A DNA stretch of 62,937 nt, the filler included, from a bacterium (lineage in GTDB: Bacteria; JBDRGX01), in the NCBI GenBank assembly GCA_043817485.1. It is 6 parts of 6 records of this genome, joined end to end, with 100 filler letters (N's around TTAATTAATTAA, not from the genome) between each part and the next. Parts side by side here need not be neighbours in the genome. Positions count along the whole stretch, not along the records: positions 24,506 to 37,079 come from JBDRGX010000053.1; positions 37,180 to 50,964 come from JBDRGX010000054.1; 4 more parts are not named here. One strand, given 5' to 3'. The translations under genes were made by a program, and so were the position numbers. Positions 27,183-37,305 of this stretch are shown piece after piece; within the stretch, counting starts at the first letter, position 1; each line of letters opens with the position of its first letter. The notes beneath the pieces are model-generated. The model saw only the letters and a program-made list of their open reading frames with translations. It searched no databases and was not told the origin of the DNA.

Positions 27183-28758
27183 TATTTATAAATCTATTTT
27201 TAATTGGTAAAAAAGAAGTAATCATTTTTATTTCTTTTACTTTGAAAATAAAGCATAAAATTATATAAACAAAAATGGACATAATTAAAGGAATAGCAAC
27301 TTTTAAAAAATAGTTAATTAAATTTTTTTCTTTAAATAAATGTTCTACTTGAAAGCTAATAATAAAACATATTATTCCCATTATTAAAGAAAGAAATAAA
27401 AATTTAAAAAAAGATTTTAAAAGTTTTTTGATCCCTAAATTTCCAATTTTTTTTCTTAAAAAGAAAAAAAGTCCAATCATATTTATAAAAGATGAAAAAG
27501 CTGTAGCTAAAGCTAATCCACCATGTTTCAAAGGAACCATCAAAATTAAATTAAGAATAATATTAGAAACTAATGCTATAATTCCTATTTTAAGAGGAGT
27601 TTTTGTATCTTTTAAAGAATAAAAAACTGTAACTAAATTTTTTACTGCCATATAAGCAAAAAGTCCAATACTATAAAAAAATAATGCTTGAACACTTGCC
27701 ATAGTAGAATTTGTATCAAAAGCTCCTCTTTCAAAAATTAATCTTATAATCGGTTTAGATAAAATCATTAAACCAAAAGTAATTGGTAAAGAAATAAAAA
27801 AAACTAAATTTAAAGAATCAAATAAAGATTGTTTTAATTTCTCAATTTTGCCAGAAGAAGCATATTGAGCCATAACAGGAAAATTAACATTAGCAATAGA
27901 AACTCCAATTAAACCCAATGGAAACTGAATAATTCTATTACCATAATTTAACCCAGTAATAGCAATAGCACCTAATTTGCAAGCCAACATTGTATCAACA
28001 AAAAAATTTATTTGAGTTACCCCTAAACCAATAATACTTGGAATCATTAAGTGAGATATTTTTTTTAATGCTGGATGAGAAAAATTAAAACAAAAATTAT
28101 ATTTTATTTTAATTTTTTTTAATGCTGGAAATTGAATTAATATTTGTCCTAATCCACCTAATAAAACACCAATTCCTACTCCATAAATTCTATGGTTCCA
28201 ATCTTGATTAAAAAAAGGACAAATAAAATAAAAAGAAAAAACAATCATTACATTTAATACAAGAGGACCTAAAGCAGGCATAAAAAAATGATGATAAGAA
28301 TTAAGTACACCCATAAAAAGGGCAGCTATTGAAACAAAAAAAATATAGGGAAACATTAATCTCGTTAAATTGATAACTAATGATAAACTATCTGGCGGGT
28401 TATTTAAAGTAATTAAACGAACTACTAAAGGAGAAAAAAATATTCCCAATAAAGTAATTCCAATTAAAAAAATAATTAAAGCATTTAAAACAGCATTTAC
28501 CATTTTTGATATTTCTTTTTGAGTAGAAGTAGTTAAATAATCTGTAAATGTAGGAATAAAAGAAGCACTTAAAGCTCCTTCTGCAAAACAAGTTCGTAAA
28601 AGATTAGGAATTTTAAAAGCAATAATAAAAGCAGCAGCTACTGGAGATGTTCCTAAAAAATAGGCAAAAACACTTTCTCTTACTAATCCAAAAATTCTAC
28701 TTAAAGAAGTAGCAAATGTTAATATTCCAGTAGATTTAATTATTTTTTTTTGATCCAA
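27175..28758 (-). CDS. murJ: Lipid II flippase MurJ
   Basis: SRIFGLVRE, AFKIPNLLR..FAEGALSASFIP, RIIQFPLG, FERGAF, KDTKTP, GLALAT. TTG start after AGGAG. Confidence 0.96.
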   Translation of the reverse strand: MDQKKIIKSTGILTFATSLSRIFGLVRESVFAYFLGTSPVAAAFIIAFKIPNLLRTCFAEGALSASFIPTFTDYLTTSTQKEISKMVNAVLNALIIFLIGITLLGIFFSPLVVRLITLNNPPDSLSLVINLTRLMFPYIFFVSIAALFMGVLNSYHHFFMPALGPLVLNVMIVFSFYFICPFFNQDWNHRIYGVGIGVLLGGLGQILIQFPALKKIKIKYNFCFNFSHPALKKISHLMIPSIIGLGVTQINFFVDTMLACKLGAIAITGLNYGNRIIQFPLGLIGVSIANVNFPVMAQYASSGKIEKLKQSLFDSLNLVFFISLPITFGLMILSKPIIRLIFERGAFDTNSTMASVQALFFYSIGLFAYMAVKNLVTVFYSLKDTKTPLKIGIIALVSNIILNLILMVPLKHGGLALATAFSSFINMIGLFFFLRKKIGNLGIKKLLKSFFKFLFLSLIMGIICFIISFQVEHLFKEKNLINYFLKVAIPLIMSIFVYIILCFIFKVKEIKMITSFLPIKNRFINND

Positions 28759-28868
28759 AAAACAACTCCTAATATTAAATTGCAAAGTAATATAAAGAAA
28801 ATTTGAATATCATATTTTCAATTCAAAATCATTAATAAATCAATTCGTTTTGTAAAAACAAGATAAAG

Positions 28869-29070
28869 GAAATTTTATATATCATGCCTACGGCATTTGT
28901 ATTATACAAGAATATTTTTTCTACCGATATGTTGTTCCGATGGGACATTTATGAAATAATAATTATTGATAAAGCACAAAGATAATTCATTCCGTAGGAA
29001 CAAGATATTGGTAAAAACAAATGACCAAAATGCAAAAAAAATTTTCAATTTAAAATAAATACAAATGTTC
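28869..29070. repeat. ~200-bp composite REP/MITE-like element, copy A
   Basis: Colinear with 38610-38820 (ATCATGCCTACGGCATTTGTATTATACA; CTACC.ATAT...TGGGACATTT; CATTCCGT.GGAA.AAGATATTGGTAAAAAC). A partial inverted copy lies at about 9089-9119. Confidence 0.85.
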
Positions 29071-29080
29071 AAAACAAAAT

Positions 29081-29407
29081 TTATTTTGAATCTGGTAATT
29101 TGCAACATTTTATTTCTGATTGCAAAATAGTATTATCTATTTTTTTTATTATATTTAAAACTTTTTTTTCCATTGTTTTTATTTTATCAATTTGCTTTTG
29201 ATGTGGTTTTATAAGTTCATAATATTCATAAGCAATATTAATTGCAGTTAAAATAGCTATTTTATTTAAAGATGTAATAGAAGTTTGTTTTGCAACTTCT
29301 TGCATTTTTTTATCTACATAATCAGCTATTTTATGAATATATTGAGGATCTGCATTTCCTTTAATAGTATATTCTTGTCCAAAAATTTTTGCTTTTATTA
29401 AAGCCAT
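29081..29407 (-). CDS. zapA: Cell division protein ZapA
   Basis: IFGQEYTIKG, IADYVDKKM, KIAILTAINIA.E. Confidence 0.92.
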   Translation of the reverse strand: MALIKAKIFGQEYTIKGNADPQYIHKIADYVDKKMQEVAKQTSITSLNKIAILTAINIAYEYYELIKPHQKQIDKIKTMEKKVLNIIKKIDNTILQSEIKCCKLPDSK

Positions 29408-29479
29408 TATTCCTTCTTGAAAATTTATTAAGGTTAATAAAACTCAATTTTCAAAACTTGTAGAATTACATAAAAAAAA

Positions 29480-30670
29480 TTAAAAATAAGAAATTTTTTT
29501 CTTTTTTATTTTAACAATTTCTTGAAAATCTTGTTCTTTTTCTAAAATTTCTTCTTCTTTTATTTCTTCATTTACTTGTTCTTGTACTTGCGCTTGTTCT
29601 ATTATTAAACTTTCTCCTTTTTCAAATCTATCTACTTTTTTTTGCGATATTTCTTGAGTATTATCTATTCCTAATATTTTTTTATATGCATTATAAGCTT
29701 TTTCAAAAAGTTTTTTTTTCTCATATAAACTTGCTATTTTATAATAAATATCAATTCTTTCTGGATTTAAAACAATAATTTTTTCATATTCTTCTAATGC
29801 ATTATTAAGAAGTCCATGTTGAATATAAATTTCTGCTTCTGCTATGCTTTCCTGAATTTTTGTTTTTTGAGACAAAATTTCTTTTTCTTCTTTTTCTTTT
29901 TGCTTTTCTTTTTCTATAAAATTTTCTATATGATTATCCATATCTTCTAATAATTCGTCTGCTTTTTCTAATATTGGTGTTGAAGAATCTGACTTATATA
30001 ATTTTTCTTTTACAAAATGATGTTCAGGATGTTTTTTAAAAATGGCATCATAAATTTCATAAGCTTTTTTAGATAAACCCTCAATTTCATATAATTGAGC
30101 TAAATGTATTTTATTTTCAACAATATCTTCTTCTAAATTTAATTTTTCAGATAAAGCAATTAATTGTTTAATAATTTCAATTTGATTAGGAATTAATTTA
30201 TTAAGTTTTATATATATTTGTATAGCTTTTTCATTTTCATTTTTTTCTATAAATAATTTTCCTAAAAATTTGTATTGTTTTTCTGCTTCTAATGTCATTG
30301 ATTTTTTAACATATATATCAGCCAACATTTCTATTACAATAGGTTCATTAGGAATTTGTTTATAAATTTTTTGATATAAAATTAAAGCATTATCTAATTT
30401 TCCTTGTAATTCATAAATATTTCCTAATTGAAGAAGAGCAGGAATATTTTGCGTATCTTTATTTAAAATAGTTCTAAATTTTATAAGTGCTTTATCCAAA
30501 TCATTTCTCTGAACATAAATAATTCCCATTTGATAACAAGCTTCTATATTATTAGAATCTATAAATAATACTCTTTCATATAATTTATCTGCTTTATCAA
30601 ATTCTTTTTGATTAACAAATTCTTTAGCAGTTTTTAATAATTCTGGAATTTTTTCTTCTATTTCTGGCAT
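29480..30670 (-). CDS. Tetratricopeptide repeat protein
   Basis: Multiple TPR units, acidic linker, KKKKISYF C-terminus. Confidence 0.85.
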   Translation of the reverse strand: MPEIEEKIPELLKTAKEFVNQKEFDKADKLYERVLFIDSNNIEACYQMGIIYVQRNDLDKALIKFRTILNKDTQNIPALLQLGNIYELQGKLDNALILYQKIYKQIPNEPIVIEMLADIYVKKSMTLEAEKQYKFLGKLFIEKNENEKAIQIYIKLNKLIPNQIEIIKQLIALSEKLNLEEDIVENKIHLAQLYEIEGLSKKAYEIYDAIFKKHPEHHFVKEKLYKSDSSTPILEKADELLEDMDNHIENFIEKEKQKEKEEKEILSQKTKIQESIAEAEIYIQHGLLNNALEEYEKIIVLNPERIDIYYKIASLYEKKKLFEKAYNAYKKILGIDNTQEISQKKVDRFEKGESLIIEQAQVQEQVNEEIKEEEILEKEQDFQEIVKIKKKKISYF

Positions 30671-30685
30671 AAATAACTCTTTATT

Positions 30686-31918
30686 TTAATTATAAATAGG
30701 AAATTGTTCACACAAATTTCTTACTTTATTTTTAAGTTCTAATAATATTTTTTCATTATTATGATGTAATAACACTTCTTTAATTATTTCTCCAATTAAA
30801 ATCATTTCTTTTTCTTTCATTCCTCTAGTAGTTACTGCTGGAGTTCCTAATCTAATTCCACTTGTAATATAACTACTTTTTGTATCAAAAGGGATAAGAT
30901 TTTTATTTACATAAATCCCAGATTTTGCTAAAGAAATCGCAGCTAATTGACCTGTTATTTTAAAATTCAACAAATCAACTACCATTAAATGATTATCAGT
31001 CCCTCCAGTTATTAACCTAAAATTATTTTCAATAAGAGTTTTAGCTAATATTTTAGCATTTTTAACAATTTGTTTTTGATAAATAATAAATTCTGGAAGT
31101 AAAGCTTCTTTAAAAGCAACTGCTTTAGCAGCAATTATATGCATTAAAGGTCCACCCTGAATACCTGGAAATATAGCTTTATCAATATTTTCTGCAAACT
31201 TTTTCTTACACATAATAACTCCTCCACGAGGACCACGAAGAGTTTTATGTGTAGTTGTAGTAATAAAATCAGCATAAGGAATAGGAGAAGGATGTTCTCC
31301 CGCAATTATTAAACCAGCAATATGAGCTATATCTGTTAATAAATAAGCATTTACTTCATCTGCAATTTCTTTAAAAATGGCAAAAGGAATTATTCTTGGA
31401 TATGAAGAAGCACCAGTTACAATCATTTTTGGTTTATGTTTATGAGCTAATTGTCTTACTTGTGCAAAATCAATCATTTCTGTATTTTTATCTAAACCAT
31501 AATGAACAATATTGTAAAATTTCCCAGAAAAATTTACATTACTTCCATGTGTGAGATGACCTCCACAATTCAAATCCAAACTTAAAATACAATCTCCTGG
31601 TTTAAGCATAGCAAAATAAACAGCCATATTTGCTTGAGATCCAGAATGAGGTTGAACATTTATATGTTCAGCTTTAAATAATTCTTTTGCTCTTGAAATA
31701 GCGATTTCTTCAATTTTATTAGCATTAGCACATCCAGAATAAAGTCTTTTTCCTGGATACCCTTCTGCATATTTATTAATTAAATAAGAAGATTCTGCCT
31801 CTAAAACATTTTTGCTTACATAATTTTCTGATGGAATTAATCCTAAATTCCATACTTGTCTTTTAAATTCTTTATTTAATATTTGTGAAACTTCTATATC
31901 AAATTCTTTTAAAGACAA
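30686..31918 (-). CDS. glyA: Serine hydroxymethyltransferase
   Basis: [47 protein letters not shown]. Confidence 0.98.
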   Translation of the reverse strand: MSLKEFDIEVSQILNKEFKRQVWNLGLIPSENYVSKNVLEAESSYLINKYAEGYPGKRLYSGCANANKIEEIAISRAKELFKAEHINVQPHSGSQANMAVYFAMLKPGDCILSLDLNCGGHLTHGSNVNFSGKFYNIVHYGLDKNTEMIDFAQVRQLAHKHKPKMIVTGASSYPRIIPFAIFKEIADEVNAYLLTDIAHIAGLIIAGEHPSPIPYADFITTTTHKTLRGPRGGVIMCKKKFAENIDKAIFPGIQGGPLMHIIAAKAVAFKEALLPEFIIYQKQIVKNAKILAKTLIENNFRLITGGTDNHLMVVDLLNFKITGQLAAISLAKSGIYVNKNLIPFDTKSSYITSGIRLGTPAVTTRGMKEKEMILIGEIIKEVLLHHNNEKILLELKNKVRNLCEQFPIYN

Positions 31919-31966
31919 AATATTCTCCTTTTTTATTTATTTTTATACTTTTACAAAACAAGTAAT

Positions 31967-32425
31967 TTATCCTGGTTGACTATTTAACCAATCATTTTCA
32001 TTATAATTTAAAATTTCTTTTTCTTTGAAAAAACAAGCAATTTCTTTTTTACTTGCTTCTAATGAATCAGACCCATGAATAGCATTTCTTCTTCCATCTG
32101 AACCTAATTTATATCTTATTGTATTTTTCAAAGCTTGTTGTGGAATTCTATGCCCAATAATTTTTCTTATTTTACTAATCGCATTCTCTCCTTCTATAAC
32201 ACAAGCAATACAAGGAGCTGTTAACATAAATTTTTTCAATTCTATGAAAAAATCTTTATCTTTATGCATTTCATAAAATTTATCTACATCTTTTTCTTGT
32301 AATTTTATCATTTTTAAAGCAATTATTTTTAAGTCTTTTTTTTCAAAATACTTTAATAATTCTCCAATTTTATTTTTACAAACAACATCTGGTTTAATTA
32401 AAACTAAAGATTTTTCTTTTGTCAT
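31967..32425 (-). CDS. ndk: Nucleoside-diphosphate kinase
   Basis: LIKPD, FY..H..K.FF, TIR, RNAIHGSDS. Confidence 0.93.
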   Translation of the reverse strand: MTKEKSLVLIKPDVVCKNKIGELLKYFEKKDLKIIALKMIKLQEKDVDKFYEMHKDKDFFIELKKFMLTAPCIACVIEGENAISKIRKIIGHRIPQQALKNTIRYKLGSDGRRNAIHGSDSLEASKKEIACFFKEKEILNYNENDWLNSQPG

Positions 32426-32428
32426 TTT

Positions 32429-33979
32429 TTACCTTTTTTTGTTAAGTGTTAAGAAAATTTTTTGAAAAAAATAAAATTTATTTATATTGAATAAACAAAA
32501 AATTAAACAATAAGATAATAAAAGAAAAAATATTGAAAAATTAGAAACTTCAATTGTAGATAATGGAAGTTTAGCAAAAAAAGCTACTACTTTTAAAAGA
32601 AAAGATAAAACAATTTCATTGAAAAATCCTAATATTTTATCTATGGGCGAAAAAGTAATAAATGTTAATAAGCCCAATTGTAGACTTATTGTTGATAAAG
32701 GAATTGCTAATAAATTTGTAAAAATACCATAAGTATAAATAGTATTAAAATAATAAATACTAAGAGGTAAAAGTCCAATACAAACACATATTGAAGAAAT
32801 CAATATTTGAAAAAAATATTCTTTTATTTTTAGTAAGTATAAGTTTATTTTAGGTAGTTGTTCTAAATTCTTTTTTTTAATGGATTGTAAAATAGGTACC
32901 GAATAAATTAAAAAAATAATAGCCATAAATGAAAGTTGAAAACCAATATCAAATAAAAAACAAGGATTAAAAACTAATATTACAAAAGCAGATGCAGCCA
33001 AAAGATTAAACATATTTGTATCCTTATCTAATAATTTTGCTAATAAAAAAAAAGCAGCCATAATAGAAGATCTTAAAACAGAACCTCTATAGCCCGTAAT
33101 AGTTGCAAAGAAAAACAAAAATATTATACATAACAAATAATTAAGTTTTTTAGGAATTTTCATCAATTTTAAAAATAAAAAAATAAATCCTAAACATAAA
33201 TTTACATGCATTCCACTTACTGCTAAAATATGTAAAGTTCCAGATTTTAGAAAAAAATTTTCTATTTCTGGAGTAATTTTTTCTCTTGTTCCTAATATAA
33301 AACCTTTTAATAGATTAGATGATGAAAAATTCATGGTTTTTTCTATTTTTTTTTCAAGCCATCTTTTAATTTTTAAATTTATATTTATAAACCAATTTCC
33401 TTTTACCTTACCAATTTTTTTTATAAAATAATCTCCTTTTAAATAAATTATTCCACAAATTTTATTAGTAATAAGTATTTTTTTCCAATTTGATTGTTTT
33501 TGGTCACTTATTTTTTCTAAAGAATATATTTTACCAGTAAAAAATAATTTATCACCATATTGATATTTATAAAAAGAATTTTTAATATAAAGCTTTATTT
33601 TCCCTTTGTAATTAAATTCTATACGAGGAAAAACTATTTTTTCAATATTTAAAGTTAAAGTAGTTTTTTTATTTGAAATTTCTGGATCATCTACAACTAT
33701 AGCATAAATTGTATATTTTCTATTTAATGCAAGATTTGTAATATGAGATTTAGTAAAATAATAATGTGTATTAATTTCGTAAATTAAAAAACCAGAAAAT
33801 ATTAAAATAAAAATTAAAGAAATGTCTTTTAAATATTTTAATTTAAAATAAGAAACTACAAAAAAAATTAATCCACAAAAATAAACCCATAAACTTAAAG
33901 ATAAAGGAATATCTATATAAATACCAATTATTATTCCTAAAATATAACAAAAAAGAATTTTTACTAAAGGTTTATTCAT
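32429..33979 (-). CDS. comEC: ComEC/Rec2 competence protein (DUF4131 + competence domain, no MBL domain)
   Basis: GTLHILAVSGMHV, SVLRS.IM, DIGFQLSF; many TM helices. Confidence 0.92.
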   Translation of the reverse strand: MNKPLVKILFCYILGIIIGIYIDIPLSLSLWVYFCGLIFFVVSYFKLKYLKDISLIFILIFSGFLIYEINTHYYFTKSHITNLALNRKYTIYAIVVDDPEISNKKTTLTLNIEKIVFPRIEFNYKGKIKLYIKNSFYKYQYGDKLFFTGKIYSLEKISDQKQSNWKKILITNKICGIIYLKGDYFIKKIGKVKGNWFININLKIKRWLEKKIEKTMNFSSSNLLKGFILGTREKITPEIENFFLKSGTLHILAVSGMHVNLCLGFIFLFLKLMKIPKKLNYLLCIIFLFFFATITGYRGSVLRSSIMAAFFLLAKLLDKDTNMFNLLAASAFVILVFNPCFLFDIGFQLSFMAIIFLIYSVPILQSIKKKNLEQLPKINLYLLKIKEYFFQILISSICVCIGLLPLSIYYFNTIYTYGIFTNLLAIPLSTISLQLGLLTFITFSPIDKILGFFNEIVLSFLLKVVAFFAKLPLSTIEVSNFSIFFLLLSYCLIFCLFNINKFYFFQKIFLTLNKKR

Positions 33980-34389
33980 TTTCCTTTAGATGGTTTTTTT
34001 TCTACTTTTTCAGAAATAGGTTGTTGAGGTTGAGGAACATTAAGTTTTTTTGTTTCTTCTTTTTTTATTTCTTCTATAGATATTGATTTGGAACTTTTCG
34101 GAATTACTTTTTTAGGGATAGTTTTTTCTATTTTTTCTTTTTTTAAAATAAATGGTTTTTTCTTACTTATAATAATACTTTGCGTTAAAGAAGTTATCAT
34201 GAAAATTGCTGCACAAACACCAGTTAATTTAACTAAAAAAGCAGTTGTTGTTTTAGCACCAAAAACTGGTTCTGATGAACTACTTCCAAAAGCACCACCT
34301 AATCCATCATCTTTACCTTTTTGCAAAAGTATTATTATAATCAAAATTATACAAACAACAATATGAATAAATGTAAGTATTGATAACAT
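33976..34389 (-). CDS. secG: Preprotein translocase subunit SecG
   Basis: LLQKGK..GLGGAFG, FL.KLT...A.IFMITSL. Confidence 0.93.
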   Translation of the reverse strand: MLSILTFIHIVVCIILIIIILLQKGKDDGLGGAFGSSSSEPVFGAKTTTAFLVKLTGVCAAIFMITSLTQSIIISKKKPFILKKEKIEKTIPKKVIPKSSKSISIEEIKKEETKKLNVPQPQQPISEKVEKKPSKGK

Positions 34390-34610
34390 AAAACCTCCTC
34401 AAATTTATTAATTTTATAAAAATAACAAAATTGTATAATGTTTAATTTTGTTGAAAGTCAAGAAAAAATTTAATTTAAAAATATTATTTTTTTCAAATAT
34501 TTTCAAGATACCAATGTTTTTTTATTTGTTAAATCTATTTTTTATTTTAGATCGAGAATATGAAATTTTCCAATCCAAAATTTCATATTGTTTTACTTTT
34601 GTTTATATGG

Positions 34611-34638
34611 TGAACCGACGATTTAAATCGTCGGTTCA
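34611..34638. repeat. Perfect 28-bp palindrome (REP-like/terminator) after folK
   Basis: TGAACCGACGATTTAAATCGTCGGTTCA. Confidence 0.75.
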
Positions 34639-34649
34639 ATATGTAAAAT

Positions 34650-35141
34650 TTATGAATAAAAATTTACTTCACTTTCATCACTTACTTCTTTCAATAATTC
34701 TTTTATGTTTTTATTTTCTACAGGATGAAGAATATTTTCATCAATTTCTGCTAATGGAATTAAAACAAATTTTCTTTGAATCATTTCTGAATGAGGAATT
34801 TCTAAAAAATCATTTTTGAAAATTATTTTTTCATAAAATAAAATATCAATATCAATTATTCGTGGTCCCCATTTATATTCTTTTTTTTTACCTATTTTTT
34901 TTTCAATAATACTTAAATGTTGTATTAAATCAATTGGAGAAAAAAAAGTTTTTATTTTTATGACAGTATTGATAAATTTTGGTTGATTTTTTATCCCTAT
35001 TGGTTCTGTTTCATAAAAAGAAGATTGTTTAATTATTTTTGTATTTGGTAATTTTTCTATCATTTCATAAGATTTTATAATATTATTTTTTCTATCACCA
35101 ATATTAGAGCCAAAACCTAAATAAACTTCTTTAAAGGACAT
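34650..35141 (-). CDS. folK: 2-amino-4-hydroxy-6-hydroxymethyldihydropteridine diphosphokinase
   Basis: YLGFGSNIG, SSFYETEP, WGPRIIDIDIL, PH, R.FVL.PL.EI. Confidence 0.96.
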   Translation of the reverse strand: MSFKEVYLGFGSNIGDRKNNIIKSYEMIEKLPNTKIIKQSSFYETEPIGIKNQPKFINTVIKIKTFFSPIDLIQHLSIIEKKIGKKKEYKWGPRIIDIDILFYEKIIFKNDFLEIPHSEMIQRKFVLIPLAEIDENILHPVENKNIKELLKEVSDESEVNFYS

Positions 35142-36294
35142 TTTTTATTCTACTAATTGCTTCTTGTAATTTTACTTCATCTAATGTTAAAGAAATTCTA
35201 AAATATCCTTCTCCATACTCACCAAATCCTATTCCTGGAGTAAAAACAACTCCTGTTTTTTCTAAAATATTTTGACAAAATTCTAATGATTTTTTTTCAT
35301 TTGGAACTGGAATCCATAAATATATAGTAGCTTTTGGTAATTCAATTTCTATTCCTATTTTTTTAAATTCACTTAATACAACTTCTCTTCTTTTTTGATA
35401 AATATTTATATTTTGTTTTATACAATCTTGAGAACTTGTTAAAGCAGTAATAGCAGCATATTGAATTGGTTGAAAAACTCCAGAATCTACATTTTCTTTA
35501 ACAGAGCCCAATGCTTTAATTAATTTTTTATTTCCTACTGCAAATCCAATTCTCCAACCAGTCATATTATAAGTTTTTGAAAGAGAATGAAATTCAATAG
35601 CACAATCAAAAGATCCATCAATTTGAAAAATACTTGGAGCTTTGTAATTATTGAAACATATTTCAGAATAAGCATTATCATGAGCTATAATAATATTATA
35701 TTTATGGGCAAAATCAACAGCTTTTTTAAAAAATTCTAAAGAAGCTACTGCCCCAGTTGGATTATTTGGGTAATTAAGAAACATTATTTTTGCTTTATTT
35801 CTTATATTTTCTGGAATAACATCTAAATCTGGTAAAAAATCATTTTCTTTCAATAAAGGCATCATATAAGGAATTCCTTCTGCAAAAATAGTTCCGCTTT
35901 TATAAACTGGATAAGCTGGATTTGGAACAAGAACAATATCTTCTTTGTTTATAAAAGCTAATGGAAAATGAAAAATTCCTTCTTTAGAACCAATTAAACT
36001 TACTATTTCTTGATCTGGATTTAATTTTATATTAAATCTTTTTTCAAACCAAAAACTTACTGCTTTTCTAAATTCTAATAATCCATTATAAGAAGGATAT
36101 TGATGATTAACTGGATTTTGAACAGATTTAATCAAAGCATCAATAATGTGAGAAGGAGTAGGAATATCTGGATCTCCTATCCCAAGATTTATAATGTTTA
36201 TGCCTTTACTCGCCACTTGTTTTTTTATTTCATCAATTTGAGCAAACAAATATTTAGGTAAATGGTTAATTTTATCAGAAAAAGAAAAACACAT
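35131..36294 (-). CDS. dapL: LL-diaminopimelate aminotransferase-type class I/II aminotransferase
   Basis: LPKYLFA.ID, LGIGDPD, GSKEGI, NYPNNPTG, HDNAY, SLSKTYNMTGWRIG. GTG start after AGGAGG. Confidence 0.85.
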   Translation of the reverse strand: MCFSFSDKINHLPKYLFAQIDEIKKQVASKGINIINLGIGDPDIPTPSHIIDALIKSVQNPVNHQYPSYNGLLEFRKAVSFWFEKRFNIKLNPDQEIVSLIGSKEGIFHFPLAFINKEDIVLVPNPAYPVYKSGTIFAEGIPYMMPLLKENDFLPDLDVIPENIRNKAKIMFLNYPNNPTGAVASLEFFKKAVDFAHKYNIIIAHDNAYSEICFNNYKAPSIFQIDGSFDCAIEFHSLSKTYNMTGWRIGFAVGNKKLIKALGSVKENVDSGVFQPIQYAAITALTSSQDCIKQNINIYQKRREVVLSEFKKIGIEIELPKATIYLWIPVPNEKKSLEFCQNILEKTGVVFTPGIGFGEYGEGYFRISLTLDEVKLQEAISRIKNVL

Positions 36295-36506
36295 TTGATC
36301 CTCCTTTTACAATAAAATAATGCAAATTACTTTATTTTTTTAGTATTTAATAAAAAAAGGGTTAAATAATATAAAATAGGTGATTTGTCAATATTTTTAT
36401 AAAGTTTTTCTTTAAATATGTTGTAAAATTAAATTAGTTTATACTAAATTCCCGTATATGCTTAATTATGAAAAAGTTAGGAGTCAGAGAATTCAAAATG
36501 ATAGTG

Positions 36507-36603
36507 GTTTCAATCCACGCTCCCGCACGGAGAGCGACTTTTTGCAAAAATCATATCATTGACCGCCGTAGGTTTCAATCCACGCACCCGCACGGGGTGC
36601 GAC
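36507..36603 (-). CRISPR. Orphan CRISPR mini-array with type I-C-like repeats (2 repeats, 1 spacer)
   Basis: 32-bp repeats GTTTCAATCCACGCTCCCGCACGGAGAGCGAC (36507-36538) and GTTTCAATCCACGCACCCGCACGGGGTGCGAC (36572-36603) flank a 33-bp spacer. The minus strand ends in the canonical ATTGAAAC. No cas genes on this contig. Confidence 0.9.
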
Positions 36604-36760
36604 TGTTGCGTTAAATTCTGGAATGGAAGTTAGTATAAATAAAATAATTATCATGGATAAAAAATCAAAAAAGCAATGTGAAAACATTAAGAGAAAAATA
36701 CCTTCAAGGTAATAAAAAAGAAAAAGGAGCTAATTTAGATGAGCTGATACACTATGTGCC
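36604..36760 (+). mobile_element. Probable IS end plus degraded N-terminus of an integrase-core (ISNCY/IS481-like) transposase
   Basis: MDKKSKKQ then frameshifted KTLREKYLQGNKKEKGANLDE, resembling the RY....KKEKG.ILDE N-terminus of such transposases. Begins TGTTGCG exactly at the repeat boundary. Confidence 0.5.
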
Positions 36761-36789
36761 ACTTTCATTGGCAAGCACCCCCAAAAAAA

Positions 36790-37079
36790 TTAAAATTCCA
36801 AATCTGTCCAATTACCAAACTCACCTTTCTTAAATTTATCACTGCTATCGGTAAAATAAACCCACCTGCCGTTGTTTGTTGTTGTGCCTGTGTTAGCAAC
36901 CAAACCACCAAATAATTTTTTGCCTTTTTTATTTTCTTCCTTAATATATTTTTGCAGTCCATCAGATTTTGGTCCAAAATCAGAAAATTGTGTCCCGTGC
37001 GGATCAAATAAACCAATTCTTCCGTCTTTAAATTTAACTACAAAGTCAACATAAAATGGTGTTTTGTCCTCATCGTAAG
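36790..37079 (-). CDS. 3' end of type III restriction Res subunit (nuclease domain), 5' part beyond contig edge
   Basis: A frame absent from the ORF track reads YDEDKTPFYVDFVVKFKDGRIGLFDPHG...DGLQKYIKEENKKGKKLFGGLV...W..LEF*, a PD-(D/E)xK-like Res C-terminus. Confidence 0.7.
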
Positions 37080-37179
37080 NNNNNNNNNNNNNNNNNNNNN
37101 NNNNNNNNNNNNNNNNNNNNNNNTTAATTAATTAANNNNNNNNNNNNNNNNNNNNNNNNNNNNNNNNNNNNNNNNNNNN
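37080..37179. other. Artificial contig-joining linker
   Basis: N44-TTAATTAATTAA-N44. Confidence 0.99.
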
Positions 37180-37305
37180 GTAAATCCTATAAACTCAATA
37201 AAAAAATAGAAAGTTTTTTAAACCAACGAGAATATGTGAAAATATGTTAATTTTTCAATCTAAAAAATTAACATTTTCACGTAGTAAAAAATTAACATAT
37301 TGACA
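37180..37305 (-). mobile_element. Probable insertion-sequence terminus with reiterated transposase-binding motifs
   Basis: Minus strand begins TGTCAATATGTTAATTTTTT, then GTGAAAATGTTAATTTTTT, then an inverted copy AAAAATTAACATATTTTCAC. The contig breaks just after. Confidence 0.6.

Noticed and set aside
28790-29080. 6S RNA expected downstream of zapA
   Set aside because: The region is occupied by the dispersed composite repeat and no 6S-like long hairpin was recognisable. An Infernal RF00013 search would be decisive.
36765-37016. 83-aa minus-strand ORF from the track
   Set aside because: Wrong frame; the overlapping frame 36790-37079 encodes a recognisable restriction-enzyme C-terminus.
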